Assembly: GCA_012862495.1 (NCBI GenBank)
Contig: BLSG01000001.1
Location: 1 to 64,000, forward strand
From: Thraustochytrium aureum
Lineage: Eukaryota
Reading direction: 5' to 3'
Length of the DNA stretch: 64,000 bases
This document shows positions 45,915 through 57,251 of this stretch, one piece after another. Under the pieces are notes generated by a model. That model ran no database searches. It had not been told where the DNA came from and saw only the letters and a program-made list of their open reading frames with translations. The first letter of the stretch is position 1. Every line of letters begins with the position of its first letter. A program made the translations under genes and the position numbers.

Positions 45915-46840
45915 ATGGCGAGCCTGATGCGAAAGAAAGCAGGGGCGCGGCAGCAGGGCGTAGACTGGCTGCGAGAAAAGACGCTCAAGCGGCCGAGCGT
46001 GCTCTTTCCAGCCACGCTGTGGAAGGCAGTCCTCCGCGACTGCGAGTCGTGCAGCTACAGCACAGCGCAGCTCAGGAGGATCTATCTGGAAAGGTGCGAG
46101 TTCTCCGGATGGCACCGGGGCGGCGTCATCCTAGACAGGTTTCTCAAAGACGCTCTGCGGCTCGACGCGGTTGGCCTGGACGCGCTCGCCCTGCACCTGT
46201 TCCCGACCTTTGAGGTCGTTCAGGTGATCGAGTGCGAGTATTCAAGCAGCGAAAAAGAGCCTGCAGGGCACGCCAAGGAGATCGCTGCTGGACCAGCCCC
46301 AGAAACCACAAACACGGGGCCAAAGACGGCCCACCGACGACGCTCGCTTGCGGACATCAAAGAGAAGGTGGCCGACAAGGCGCAGCGGCGCAAGCCCGCT
46401 CTGCACCGCGGCACGATGGTCAAGGCAGTTATTGTTTCGCGCGAGCGCAGCCCGGAGGAGAAATTCGCCGTCTCTGAAGGCCTGACGCCCGACCAGCGGA
46501 ACGGGGCAGACCTGTTCCTGCCGGGAGACCGGCTCGTCATCCAGCACTTTGGGTCCACAACGAAGCCTGGGACAAGGTCTCCCTCGTCGGACGCGGCACG
46601 GACCCCGCGCTCCTTGCCCAGGCAGCCGAGGAGAACCGCTACCTGAACACGCTTGAAAAGACGCGCGAGAGGGCGCAAGACAACATCGAGGAGGCCAAGG
46701 AGAAAGTCGAGCAGGAGCTCTACGGCGTCAGCTTTCCCAAGTTTGCGCGCTGGCTGCTGCGCTTTTGTGCAATGTCCTACGAAGAGCTCGCGCGAATGGC
46801 CGCCACCGAGCTGTTCCCCGGGCAGGACGTCGAGCGATTC
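45915..46840 (+). CDS. Hypothetical protein (frameshift near 46560; 3' partial)
   Basis: ATG 45915 (MASLMRKK); protein-like reading continues in a shifted frame (EENRYLNTLEKTRERAQDNIEEAKEKVEQELYGVSFPKFARWL) to the gap. Confidence 0.55.
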
Positions 46841-47461
46841 NNNNNNNNNNNNNNNNNNNNNNNNNNNNNNNNNNNNNNNNNNNNNNNNNNNNNNNNNNNN
46901 NNNNNNNNNNNNNNNNNNNNNNNNNNNNNNNNNNNNNNNNNNNNNNNNNNNNNNNNNNNNNNNNNNNNNNNNNNNNNNNNNNNNNNNNNNNNNNNNNNNN
47001 NNNNNNNNNNNNNNNNNNNNNNNNNNNNNNNNNNNNNNNNNNNNNNNNNNNNNNNNNNNNNNNNNNNNNNNNNNNNNNNNNNNNNNNNNNNNNNNNNNNN
47101 NNNNNNNNNNNNNNNNNNNNNNNNNNNNNNNNNNNNNNNNNNNNNNNNNNNNNNNNNNNNNNNNNNNNNNNNNNNNNNNNNNNNNNNNNNNNNNNNNNNN
47201 NNNNNNNNNNNNNNNNNNNNNNNNNNNNNNNNNNNNNNNNNNNNNNNNNNNNNNNNNNNNNNNNNNNNNNNNNNNNNNNNNNNNNNNNNNNNNNNNNNNN
47301 NNNNNNNNNNNNNNNNNNNNNNNNNNNNNNNNNNNNNNNNNNNNNNNNNNNNNNNNNNNNNNNNNNNNNNNNACCGCCGAGTGGCTTGCGGTCCGCGCTG
47401 ACGCTGCCTGCCATTGGCCCGCGCGCTTGAGGCTTTCTTTGGCCAAGCACAACTGCAGAGA

Positions 47462-49080
47462 TCAACTGCGCCCGCTCGCCCCACCCTTGACCCGACGAGA
47501 CTGCCCTGCTTGCCTCTTTTCGCGCGAGCCACCTGGGAGCTGTTTGCGCTGGCGCTCCTTGACATTGCGAACATCTTGCGCCTTCTGAAACCTGTTGGCA
47601 TCCTGCTTGGCTTGGCCATCAGGCTCGTCAGCCTTAACCTTAACCTTTTTCAGCCTTCCAGAGTCGAGCGTTGCGTCCCAAGCGTCGTAACGATGCGCCT
47701 TGCCTGGGGCGCTGTCAAGGCCTTCGCGAGACCCTTCACCGGTTCCGCTTCGCCGAAGCTTTTTGCGCTCGGCGAGAGACTTGAGCCACGCGTCCCCGCC
47801 CCAGCGGCTCGCTTGCGCAACTGCCGCGACTTTGCGTCTGTGTTGAGCACAACCACGTGGTCGCTCTTTGCAACCTTCCGCAGGAGCTTGGCGCGATTCG
47901 CTCGTTGTGTTTTTGCTCGCTCGTCCGAGTCGCTATCGCCACTCTCGTTCCCGCCGCGCCCTGGTTCGGAGGCCGACGAGGAGCTGATGCTCATCAGCTC
48001 ATCCTCGCCGTCCTCGTCGCTGCCCTCACGAGCCGGCTCGGCGTCAGGCCTGTTGCGGTCCACTTCAGTTCGGTTTGGTCTATCATGTGCCGCGTCCGAG
48101 TCTGCGCGGCGAGATGCCTGCCGTGCGACGAGCCTGGTGAGGTGGGCAAGGTGCAACTGGCGCCCCATTCGCCAAGTCGGCATGCTCGAGGTAGGAAACC
48201 AGACTCGCCAAGACTGTGGCGCGCGCAATCGACGCGCCGCGAGGGCAGGGACGGCAGCGCTGCCGTCGGTGCTCGGCTCGAGCGGCAAAGAGGCCGCCGG
48301 CTCGCCTTCGCCATCTCGTTCCCCCGTCTCGGCCGCCGCATGATCCAGAAAATCCCCAAACAGGTCGTCTCGCGGCTTGGTCGGTGCCGGCGCGGCGCCC
48401 TCGCCACGATCCTGCCCGTTCGCTGCTGCGAGGAAGGCATTCGCAAACGCAGCTAGGTAGCTCACAGGCGCGCTTGGTATTTCGCCCTGCTGCACGGATG
48501 CGGGGGCGTTGTGCGTTTTGGCGCCGGCTCCCTCCAAGCCTTGCGAGACCAGCGTTGAGGCCGCCAAGCGCTCCGGTGCGGGGCGCCTCGAATAAAACAT
48601 CAGGTACGCGGGCTGCTGCAAAACGTGCTGCAGGCCAACCTGGCGCACGACATCGTCGTCGATTTCGTACCAAAGCCCGTTTGGCGCCTTGACGAAGCTC
48701 ACGTAGTGGCCCAGATTCATGGTCGCCCCGCAATGCACGACCAGACCCGTCAGGTCGTATGCGGTGCTCCCGTGGCCGTGGGCCGCGGGGCGAGCACTGG
48801 ACGGTTCCTGCCCGCCACTACCAGCCCCCGCCGCCACGCTGTCTAGCGTGGCCAAATCGAGCGACGTCGCAAACTCCACAGTCTTGGAGATCTTGCGCCC
48901 GCGCGTCCCAAACCCAAAGCGCTTAAGATGCAGAACGAGCACGTTCGGCGCTCGGCGCACTGCGAGCTGCTTGCTGGCTCGGTTGACCTTGCCGCACGCG
49001 GGGCAGTCCCAAACGTTTTCGCCCTCGAGCTGCTCGGACGCAAAGTACTCGCGCAGCGCATCTTCCACGGAGCCAACCTT
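47462..49080 (-). CDS. Ubiquitin carboxyl-terminal hydrolase, USP36/USP42-like (C-terminal part; frameshift near 47720)
   Basis: SVEDAL..EQLEGENVWDCPAC, APNVLVLHLKRF, His box YDLTGLVVHCG..GHYVSFVK..WYEIDD, AYLMFY. Shifted frame gives YDAWDATLDSGRLKKVK, resembling the USP36-type C-terminal motif, then TGA at 47462-47464. Cys box lies in the gap. Confidence 0.88.
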
Positions 49081-49914
49081 NNNNNNNNNNNNNNNNNNNN
49101 NNNNNNNNNNNNNNNNNNNNNNNNNNNNNNNNNNNNNNNNNNNNNNNNNNNNNNNNNNNNNNNNNNNNNNNNNNNNNNNNNNNNNNNNNNNNNNNNNNNN
49201 NNNNNNNNNNNNNNNNNNNNNNNNNNNNNNNNNNNNNNNNNNNNNNNNNNNNNNNNNNNNNNNNNNNNNNNNNNNNNNNNNNNNNNNNNNNNNNNNNNNN
49301 NNNNNNNNNNNNNNNNNNNNNNNNNNNNNNNNNNNNNNNNNNNNNNNNNNNNNNNNNNNNNNNNNNNNNNNNNNNNNNNNNNNNNNNNNNNNNNNNNNNN
49401 NNNNNNNNNNNNNNNNNNNNNNNNNNNNNNNNNNNNNNNNNNNNNNNNNNNNNNNNNNNNNNNNNNNNNNNNNNNNNNNNNNNNNNNNNNNNNNNNNNNN
49501 NNNNNNNNNNNNNNNNNNNNNNNNNNNNNNNNNNNNNNNNNNNNNNNNNNNNNNNNNNNNNNNNNNNNNNNNNNNNNNNNNNNNNNNNNNNNNNNNNNNN
49601 NNNNNNNNNNNNNNNNNNNNNNNNNNNNNNNNNNNNNNNNNNNNNNNNNNNNNNNNNNNNNNNNNNNNNNNNNNNNNNNNNNNNNNNNNNNNNNNNNNNN
49701 NNNNNNNNNNNNNNNNNNNNNNNNNNNNNNNNNNNNNNNNNNNNNNNNNNNNNNNNNNNNNNNNNNNNNNNNNNNNNNNNNNNNNNNNNNNNNNNNNNNN
49801 NNNNNNNNNNNNNNNNNNNNNNNNNNNNNNNNNNNNNNNNNNNNNNNNNNNNNNNNNNNNNNNNNNNNNNNNNNNNNNNNNNNNNNNNNNNNNNNNNNNN
49901 NNNNNNNNNNNNNN

Positions 49915-52068
49915 CTTGGCGCCGATGAAACTGTCCTGTGTCCACTTGCGCGAGTCGTCAAAGCGGCGATTCGTGCATTCGAACTCGCGCGAGCGCTCTC
50001 CGAGATCGTGCTTGGCGTCCTGGAGCATGTCGCTGGAGATCTCCAAGCCCGCCTGGATGCGGACCGTCAAGTTCCACAACGCGGCGCTCCCAGCCGGGGA
50101 GAGCACCGTGTATCGCCTCAGCTCTCTCTCGGTATACACCTCCGTAGAGGCCTTTTCGCCATCCCCCGCGAAGGACGGATCAGCGTCGTGGATCAAGAGC
50201 TGAGTCGGAATCTCCACGCCGTTTGCGCGGGACAAGCTCGGACAGTTGTACACGAGCGTCTCTGCGAAGGACCTTCCCGTTGTCGCCGCCGCGAGCGCAT
50301 CTGCTGCACGGGTCACGTCCTTCTTGTTCACCCACACGACAACGCCGACGCGAAGCCGCGGTGGACCTGCCTTGCCCTTGGGTATTGGGCTCGTGAGGTA
50401 GACGTCCATGTCGCTCTCATCGAGGTGCCGCGTGGTGCGAACCTCGAGCCCTCCCTCCTTTTTAACGACGAGAAAGCGCACCCAACGAAGGTAGTCGAGG
50501 ATGGTTGACTTGAGCCCACGGCGGTCTTCTGAACTGAGGCGACCACGCCGTGTGCATGTAAGCCCGGTTGCGCGAAAGCAGATGCAGACGCCGCCTCGAT
50601 CGCGCGGACGGGGCCGCTCTGGGTCGGGAACCTCGTCCTTGTGGACTTGAAGCTGGGGCTTGAACGACTTTGGGGGCCGATGCGTCAGCAGCGGAGGCGG
50701 CTTCAAGAAAAAGTGTCTGTACTCGGTATCCTCGGCGTACTTGGAGTGGCGTTGGGGCCGCTTCCCGGTGCGGTCCGTCTCGTTCTCAGGGAGGGGCTCT
50801 CCCGCCTCTGCCTCAGCGTCGCGAAGCGCCATCTTCATCAGCTGCTGCTTGGCGGCCGCGTCAAGCCCGCCCCTGCGCAAAGTGGTGCTGTGTACAAGTC
50901 CAACGTCTTGCCCTGGATTGCCTCCACCAGAGACCATCGTGCTGGCCCGCGACAGAGCACCTGGTAGCGTTGGCGAGCCAATGGGGCTTGTCGGGCTTAG
51001 CGGCGTCTCGTCAGTCAACGAAGGGGGTCTCGGTGGAAGTCGGTCGACCCAGACTTTGATCGGGCCGTAGATGCCGTATTCGAACGGTTTGTGTGCGCGC
51101 CAGTGCGGCACGGTTTGCGATGCAAGCGCCTCCGAAGTGCAGACAAGCGCGGTCTCTGTTTCTGGCTCGTCCGAAATGCCCAAATCCTCGGCGCGCTCCC
51201 GGGTCCTCCTTAGAATAGCAGCATGCGCGAGCTCCGCCTTGGCGGCCACGCGGCTGGTTTTGGAGTCTTGGACTTGGCGCCACGCGGTCTCGGTTTGATC
51301 GACTAGCTGATGGTCAAGCTGTGTCAGCCTAAAAGGGCGTGGAGGCTCCTCCGCAGGCAAAAGACCTGCAGAGCTCGGCCTCAGCTCACCTTGGTAGCGG
51401 TCGCCGCGGGTGCGCGCCGGGGCAAAGAGATCCATCGAGTTGAATGATGCCTCTCCGCGCCGCGATCCCTCAGGGAGGTCGCGCAGTACCTCGAGCGTAG
51501 CTGCCGCGTTGCCGCCCCGAGGCTCGGCCAGTAATAGAGAACGCGAGCTACGCGCCGCTTGAGGGCGTGGCCGACGCTTGCGCTTGCTGGACTGGATCTG
51601 CCGCGGTGGCGCTTCTTCCGCGTGAACAGCAGGCTCCGAAACCGGCTCCTGAATCGGCTCGCCCCTCGACGCCAACGGAGCGCTCGAGCTAGATAGTCCT
51701 GCTTCTGAAGAGTCGCGGCTCGGCCTCGGAGCGCAGGACCCTCCAACGGCTGGCGCTGAGGCCGTGCGAGCTAGGCGCTCGCTAGTCGCCTCTTCTCTGC
51801 GCAGTCGCGTTTGGCGATCAGCAGTGCGCTTCGCACGAAGTTCGGCCTGCACGACCTCATTCGCCGCGCGCGCCCGCTCCTCTCGCAACCTTTGTGCGCG
51901 CTCGAGCATTTGCTTGTCGCCTCGCTCGTCATCCTCCCAGCCATCGACTCTGTCAGCCTTCCCGTCGGCCACGGCGCCAGCTTGTCCGTCCATCACAAGC
52001 TGGCGAACGTGCGCCGCGGAGCCGTGGGCCAGGGCGCCATTGACCTGTTCGCCGTGCCCCGCCTCCAT
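49915..52068 (-). CDS. Large hypothetical protein, coiled-coil/disordered N-terminus (3' partial)
   Basis: ATG 52068; about 720 codons open to the gap; no recognised domain. Linkage to the downstream USP segment is not established. Confidence 0.65.
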
Positions 52069-52660
52069 GACTGCGCACTTGCCAGACCGGCCAACGCAGC
52101 AAGTCCACGCAATCAGCAAGTCCGCGCTCTCCGCCACGGCAGGGGATCGCGCGGGCGTCGCTGGAGCTTGGCAAAGCTTGGCAGCAAGCTTGCCGAGCCG
52201 GCCGCTGTCCAACACACGCAACCGGGACCGCCAGAGCAGCAAAGCGCAACAGGACAAGTCGCGCCAATCCACGAACGCCGCTCAATCCCGCCGGCGGCCT
52301 GCCCGGCGATCTGCCCTGCAATCTGCCGAGGCCTGCGCGTCCAGCGACGACAGCAGTCATTCACACTCGCTGGACCTCGCGGGTGGTCTCTGTCCCACCG
52401 CAACGGATACATCGCCGAGTTTTGCAACGGTGGATGCTGTTGACGCAGTCCACGATCGAAGCGGCGCTTGAGGCGGCACAGGTGGGTGGCGCGGGCGCTG
52501 GAGACTTGCACGTCTACTGGTGCTGGCGCCCGAGTGCTGGCGCTCGAGAGTTGGCGCTCGAGCTCTGGTGCTGTGGCTGGCTTGGTCTGGGGCGGGTCTG
52601 GCAACGGGCTTTTTGCCTTTTCTCTGCCCAACGGGACGTTCGAGCAATCGTGAGAGCGCG

Positions 52661-53832
52661 ATGGACGCGCTGGATAGCTCTTTTCAATATGAAGCCGAGT
52701 CTGGGCTGTGCGGAAGGACGGAGGCCGCGAGGCTGGCGTGCAGGGTTCGCGCGACGTGCTCGCTAGCCGCTGTTTTGCTCATCGTAGGCGCTTCCTGCCT
52801 CGTCGCCTCTGTGGTTGGAGCGGTCGTTGACTTTAGTGATGACGAGGTGCACGCGTTTCACGAGACTTTCGAGACGTGGAAGCGGGGGAACTCGAGCTTT
52901 GACGCTCTCGCAGACGCCAAAGTCAGCGCGCGCCTCGTGTTCTCGGTGGGCAGTTCCACAGGCCTTCAACTGCGCCAGGGCCACTGGCTCGCTCCGAGCG
53001 CGTATGCTCATCTTTCGAAGTGAAAGCGGCCATGCAAGATGACGCGTTGTCAGCGGGTTTGCCACCATTCTGGTTTCGTCCGTCGCAAGCTGTGGACGTC
53101 CTGCACGGGTTGGCCAGTGCGCAAGCCAGTTTGCTACGTTTGGAAGGCGTTGTAGAAACGCCTGAACTCGCTGCTGGCGTGCCTTTCTCTGAAGAGTCTA
53201 CTGTGCAGGTGTTTTTGAAATTCGGTGACGGGAAAGAGCGCGCAGCTGGGCGGCCGCTGTCCCTTTTTCGCTTTGGCGACCACATTCCGCCAAGTCCAGA
53301 CGGCGAGTTGATGACCGAGCGCAAGTGCCGCAGAGAGTACGACGGCTTGCTGGCTGGCGGAAATTGCTTTCTGTTTGGGCGCCTTGATGGGTTTTGCTTT
53401 CGTGTCGAGCAAGATGCCGAGGGCGAGTGGGGTGTCTCTTCTGCGCCTGGCTGGAACGGGTGCCAATTTCGCTCGCCCGTTCACGGGTCGCCCGCATACT
53501 ATGCCCCACTCCGAGCTGACGCAAACGGTACGCTCGACCGCCCTGTTTCAAATCTGCAAGTTTTTGAGCGATTGCCAGTCGTCGTCATGTCGACGCAAGA
53601 CCCGCTCGTGGTCCGCGAGGTGCTGGCTTCACAGCACAAGCTTGGCAGCGCGAGTTCGCTCTCGGTCGGCCCCTCGGGCCTTTTCCCAGCCTCCATCGTC
53701 CTGTTGGTACTCGGCTGCGTGCTCAGCATCTACCCGGTCGCAAACATCGTGTTCAGCCCGTCGCCGCGGTCCAGCCCACAGGTCTTCTACGAGTTCTCGC
53801 GGATCGACTTTGCTCACGATGCAAAGCCATAG
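52661..53832 (+). CDS. Two-TM protein with large Cys-containing lumenal loop (frameshift near 53010)
   Basis: TM1 LAAVLLIVGASCLVASVVGAVV; loop with several Cys and N-glycosylation sequons (NSS, NGT); TM2 SIVLLVLGCVLSIYPVANIVF. Confidence 0.6.
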
Positions 53833-54300
53833 CCAGCCGCCACAGCGAACTCACATCTTGATAGCAATTCCCACGTGCAGAAATTGCACGCCCTTCGCAC
53901 ACTCGCAATCGAACCAATCTGAGTTTGCTCTTGTAGGTCCTCGAGGACATCGTCGCGGTCATGCTCCTCCACAGAAACTCACTCGCAATCAGCCGCCACA
54001 ACGCGGTCCAGCATGTTCCCCAGCCCGTCCTCAATGACATCGTCGCAGTCTTGCACCTCCACGGACGGCAAACTCACTCGCAGTCGTGATCTCCTGCGCG
54101 TCCTGGATGGAGTTCATCCTCGCGTCCAATCCCTTATCGCAGCACGATCGCACGGCCCCGGGTCTTCCAAGCCTCTGCCCCCCGTACAAAACTACCGCGT
54201 AAAATAAGCAAAAGGAGGACGATGAATACCGGAAACCGTGCGAAAGTGTGGAGGATGCGCCAGGCGCTGGGCAGACCCGCAACGCCAACGTGCACGCGGC

Positions 54301-54395
54301 GCAGAGCAGAGCGGAGCAGAGCGGAGCAGAGCAGACGACGCGAGAGCAGAGCAGAACGGAATAGAGCAGAACAGAGCAGCGCAGAGCAGCAGCGC
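54301..54395. repeat. (GCAGA)n degenerate pentanucleotide repeat upstream of FUN14 gene
   Basis: gcagagcagagcggagcagagcggagcagagcaga... read directly. Confidence 0.8.
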
Positions 54396-54475
54396 AGGGT
54401 GATTGTTGTTGGCTGCTGGAGGAGGATCGCCAGGTTTTTTTCGCAGCTGCTCGCGAGCGCCAACGAGGCCGAAGG

Positions 54476-55225
54476 ATGTCGGAGCAAAGCAGCAATGACG
54501 CGGTGGCCGTCGCGCAAGGGGACTTGATCACTCGGCTGCTGCCGGCCGGGACGCAAATGTCGTTTGGGGCGATGAGCGGCGTCGCGGCTGGCTACGCGAT
54601 GCGGCAAGGCGGCAAGGTGATGGGCGCGCTGCTTGGCGGCGGGTTCATGTTCGTGCAGTCGCTGGCGTACATGGGGTATGTGGAGGTGGACTGGCGCAAG
54701 GTCGAGCGCGACTACGGGCGCATTCTAGACCGCAACAAGGACGGCAAGGTGACCGCAGCGGACTTTCAGATGCTGCTGAACGACACGACCGAGTTGCTCA
54801 AGTTCAACCTGCCTGCTGGCAGCGGTTTTGCGGCCGGGTTCACCTATGGCCTGAGCGGCTCGCTCAAGATCGCCGCCGGGTCCTCGCTCCTGTACGGGGG
54901 CGTCACGTCGGCCGCTCTTGGTGGGGTGCCCTACGACCTCTTCACGCAGCAGGGTCTGACGAAGCTCGCCAACGACGGGATGGCCGCGATCTCTGGAACG
55001 TCTGGCATGCTGTTGAACGCTGCGAGCAAACCCATCGACCGGAAGGCGGCGCTCGCGAGCACGCTCAACGGCCGCACAATCGACGAGCTGCGGCAGCTGG
55101 AATTTGAAGTCAAGCACGACATCGGGGTGACTCGCGACTTGCTCGGCATCAAAGCGCTCGCGCCAGACCGCGACGAGCTGCTCGAGCAGATCGAGGCCTC
55201 CAAAAAATTTGTCAAGGGCCACTGA
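54476..55225 (+). CDS. FUN14: FUN14/FUNDC family mitochondrial outer membrane protein with C-terminal extension
   Basis: QMSFGAMSGVAAGYAMRQGGK, GGGFMFVQSLAYMGYVEVDWRKVE, NLPAGSGFAAGFTYGL. Confidence 0.88.
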   Translation: MSEQSSNDAVAVAQGDLITRLLPAGTQMSFGAMSGVAAGYAMRQGGKVMGALLGGGFMFVQSLAYMGYVEVDWRKVERDYGRILDRNKDGKVTAADFQMLLNDTTELLKFNLPAGSGFAAGFTYGLSGSLKIAAGSSLLYGGVTSAALGGVPYDLFTQQGLTKLANDGMAAISGTSGMLLNAASKPIDRKAALASTLNGRTIDELRQLEFEVKHDIGVTRDLLGIKALAPDRDELLEQIEASKKFVKGH

Positions 55226-56666
55226 GAGAGTTTGACTTTTTTGCTGTTTCTCGCGCCGAATCGTGGCCAGTTGGTTGAGCCGAGGGTGGGTNNNNNNNNN
55301 NNNNNNNNNNNNNNNNNNNNNNNNNNNNNNNNNNNNNNNNNNNNNNNNNNNNNNNNNNNNNNNNNNNNNNNNNNNNNNNNNNNNNNNNNNNNNNNNNNNN
55401 NNNNNNNNNNNNNNNNNNNNNNNNNNNNNNNNNNNNNNNNNNNNNNNNNNNNNNNNNNNNNNNNNNNNNNNNNNNNNNNNNNNNNNNNNNNNNNNNNNNN
55501 NNNNNNNNNNNNNNNNNNNNNNNNNNNNNNNNNNNNNNNNNNNNNNNNNNNNNNNNNNNNNNNNNNNNNNNNNNNNNNNNNNNNNNNNNNNNNNNNNNNN
55601 NNNNNNNNNNNNNNNNNNNNNNNNNNNNNNNNNNNNNNNNNNNNNNNNNNNNNNNNNNNNNNNNNNNNNNNNNNNNNNNNNNNNNNNNNNNNNNNNNNNN
55701 NNNNNNNNNNNNNNNNNNNNNNNNNNNNNNNNNNNNNNNNNNNNNNNNNNNNNNNNNNNNNNNNNNNNNNNNNNNNNNNNNNNNNNNNNNNNNNNNNNNN
55801 NNNNNNNNNNNNNNNNNNNNNNNNNNNNNNNNNNNNNNNNNNNNNNNNNNNNNNNNNNNNNNNNNNNNNNNNNNNNNNNNNNNNNNNNNNNNNNNNNNNN
55901 NNNNNNNNNNNNNNNNNNNNNNNNNNNNNNNNNNNNNNNNNNNNNNNNNNNNNNNNNNNNNNNNNNNNNNNNNNNNNNNNNNNNNNNNNNNNNNNNNNNN
56001 NNNNNNNNNNNNNNNNNNNNNNNNNNNNNNNNNNNNNNNNNNNNNNNNNNNNNNNNNNNNNNNNNNNNNNNNNNNNNNNNNNNNNNNNNNNNNNNNNNNN
56101 NNGGCCTTGTACAGCTTGTCGTTGGCCGCCACGACGGGCGCCGTGACCTTGCGCAGCGCATCCCTCCAGACCATTCTGGCCCCGTCCGCCAGCGCGCGGT
56201 CGGCTCGACTCTCTGCAGCCGCGTGGCCCGCCCCCGCGTTCGCGGTGCGCCTTCGCGGTGCGCGTTCCGCCAACCGGTTGGAGCACTTCCGCGCGACTCG
56301 CCCACAAAATGATGGATGGATGGAACGATGATCGACGGAGCGATGGACGTAATGGCGCGCGGAATCGCGGGCCGAGCCCGCCTCCCCGCGCTGCCGCACG
56401 CGCCCCTGGGCGCAAGGCGCCGCGCAGAGCAAAGCCGTGCGGTTGGCGAGCGCAGCGTCGAGCACAAGGCCCGAGGCCACCAGCTAAGACGAGGTCTTTC
56501 TCGTAGAGGTCTCGCTGGTGGCGGCTGCTGCGCTTGGGCCGCAGGCTCGGCGAGAAAGTGATGGACATGAACGAGGAAGACAATCGTTTTCACTACATGC
56601 GTCAGGAACGGCCCGACCCAAGCGATCGTGGACGAGAACGCGGGTTGGGTGAAGCGAAAGAATGAT

Positions 56667-57251
56667 CTACACACGGCGAGCGAGCAGGCCCGCAGCGGCC
56701 AGCACCAGTGCGCCAGGCATCGTGGTGGATGCAGGGGATTCCTTCAGCGGCTTGACCGTGACGCTGTTGCACTTCAAGGAGCAGCCGCCAAACTCGTCGG
56801 CCCTGGACTTGCACAGGCTTGCGCCGAAATCGAGGCACTCGGCCAGGCAAGGAGCGAACGCCTCGTCAATCTCCTTTTGAAGAAACGCGCAACGTTGGGT
56901 CTGTGGCTTGATCGAAGCCACCTTGCCTGCAATGCAAGTAGAAGCCTTCTCGTAGTCACATTCTCCGAAGGAAAGCGCGCAGCTCGTGACGTTCGGGCAG
57001 CCTGGGTATTCGTTCTTGGGCACGGTCAGCTCAGAAGTCTCAATCGCGCACTTTGCAGCTGCCGCTTTGGCGCAGCCGCCCTCAGTCATGCACTTCTCGT
57101 ACGTCCGCAGCATCGAGTCGACCTCGTCGCACGACACCCGCGGCGGGATGTCCTTTTTGCACCCTACTTCAACCAAGTCGCAGCGCACATCAGACGTGTC
57201 TGCGTTGGCCGCAGCGAAGAGGCCTGCACAAACGAGGAGACGGAGGTTCAT
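56667..57251 (-). CDS. Secreted, probably GPI-anchored Cys-rich protein (paralog A, 194 aa)
   Basis: Signal MNLRLLVCAGLFAAANA; 16 Cys in mature part; tail SPASTTMPGALVLAAAGLLA. Confidence 0.8.
   Translation of the reverse strand: MNLRLLVCAGLFAAANADTSDVRCDLVEVGCKKDIPPRVSCDEVDSMLRTYEKCMTEGGCAKAAAAKCAIETSELTVPKNEYPGCPNVTSCALSFGECDYEKASTCIAGKVASIKPQTQRCAFLQKEIDEAFAPCLAECLDFGASLCKSRADEFGGCSLKCNSVTVKPLKESPASTTMPGALVLAAAGLLARRV

Noticed and set aside
47650..52272. 1540-aa ORF suggesting a novel N-terminal domain fused to a USP
   Set aside because: Continuity is produced by an 834-N gap of estimated length; fusion cannot be supported or excluded.
56103..56174. Possible minus-strand gene start MVWRDALRKVTAPVVAANDKLYKA at a gap edge
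   Set aside because: Only 24 codons are visible, too little to call.
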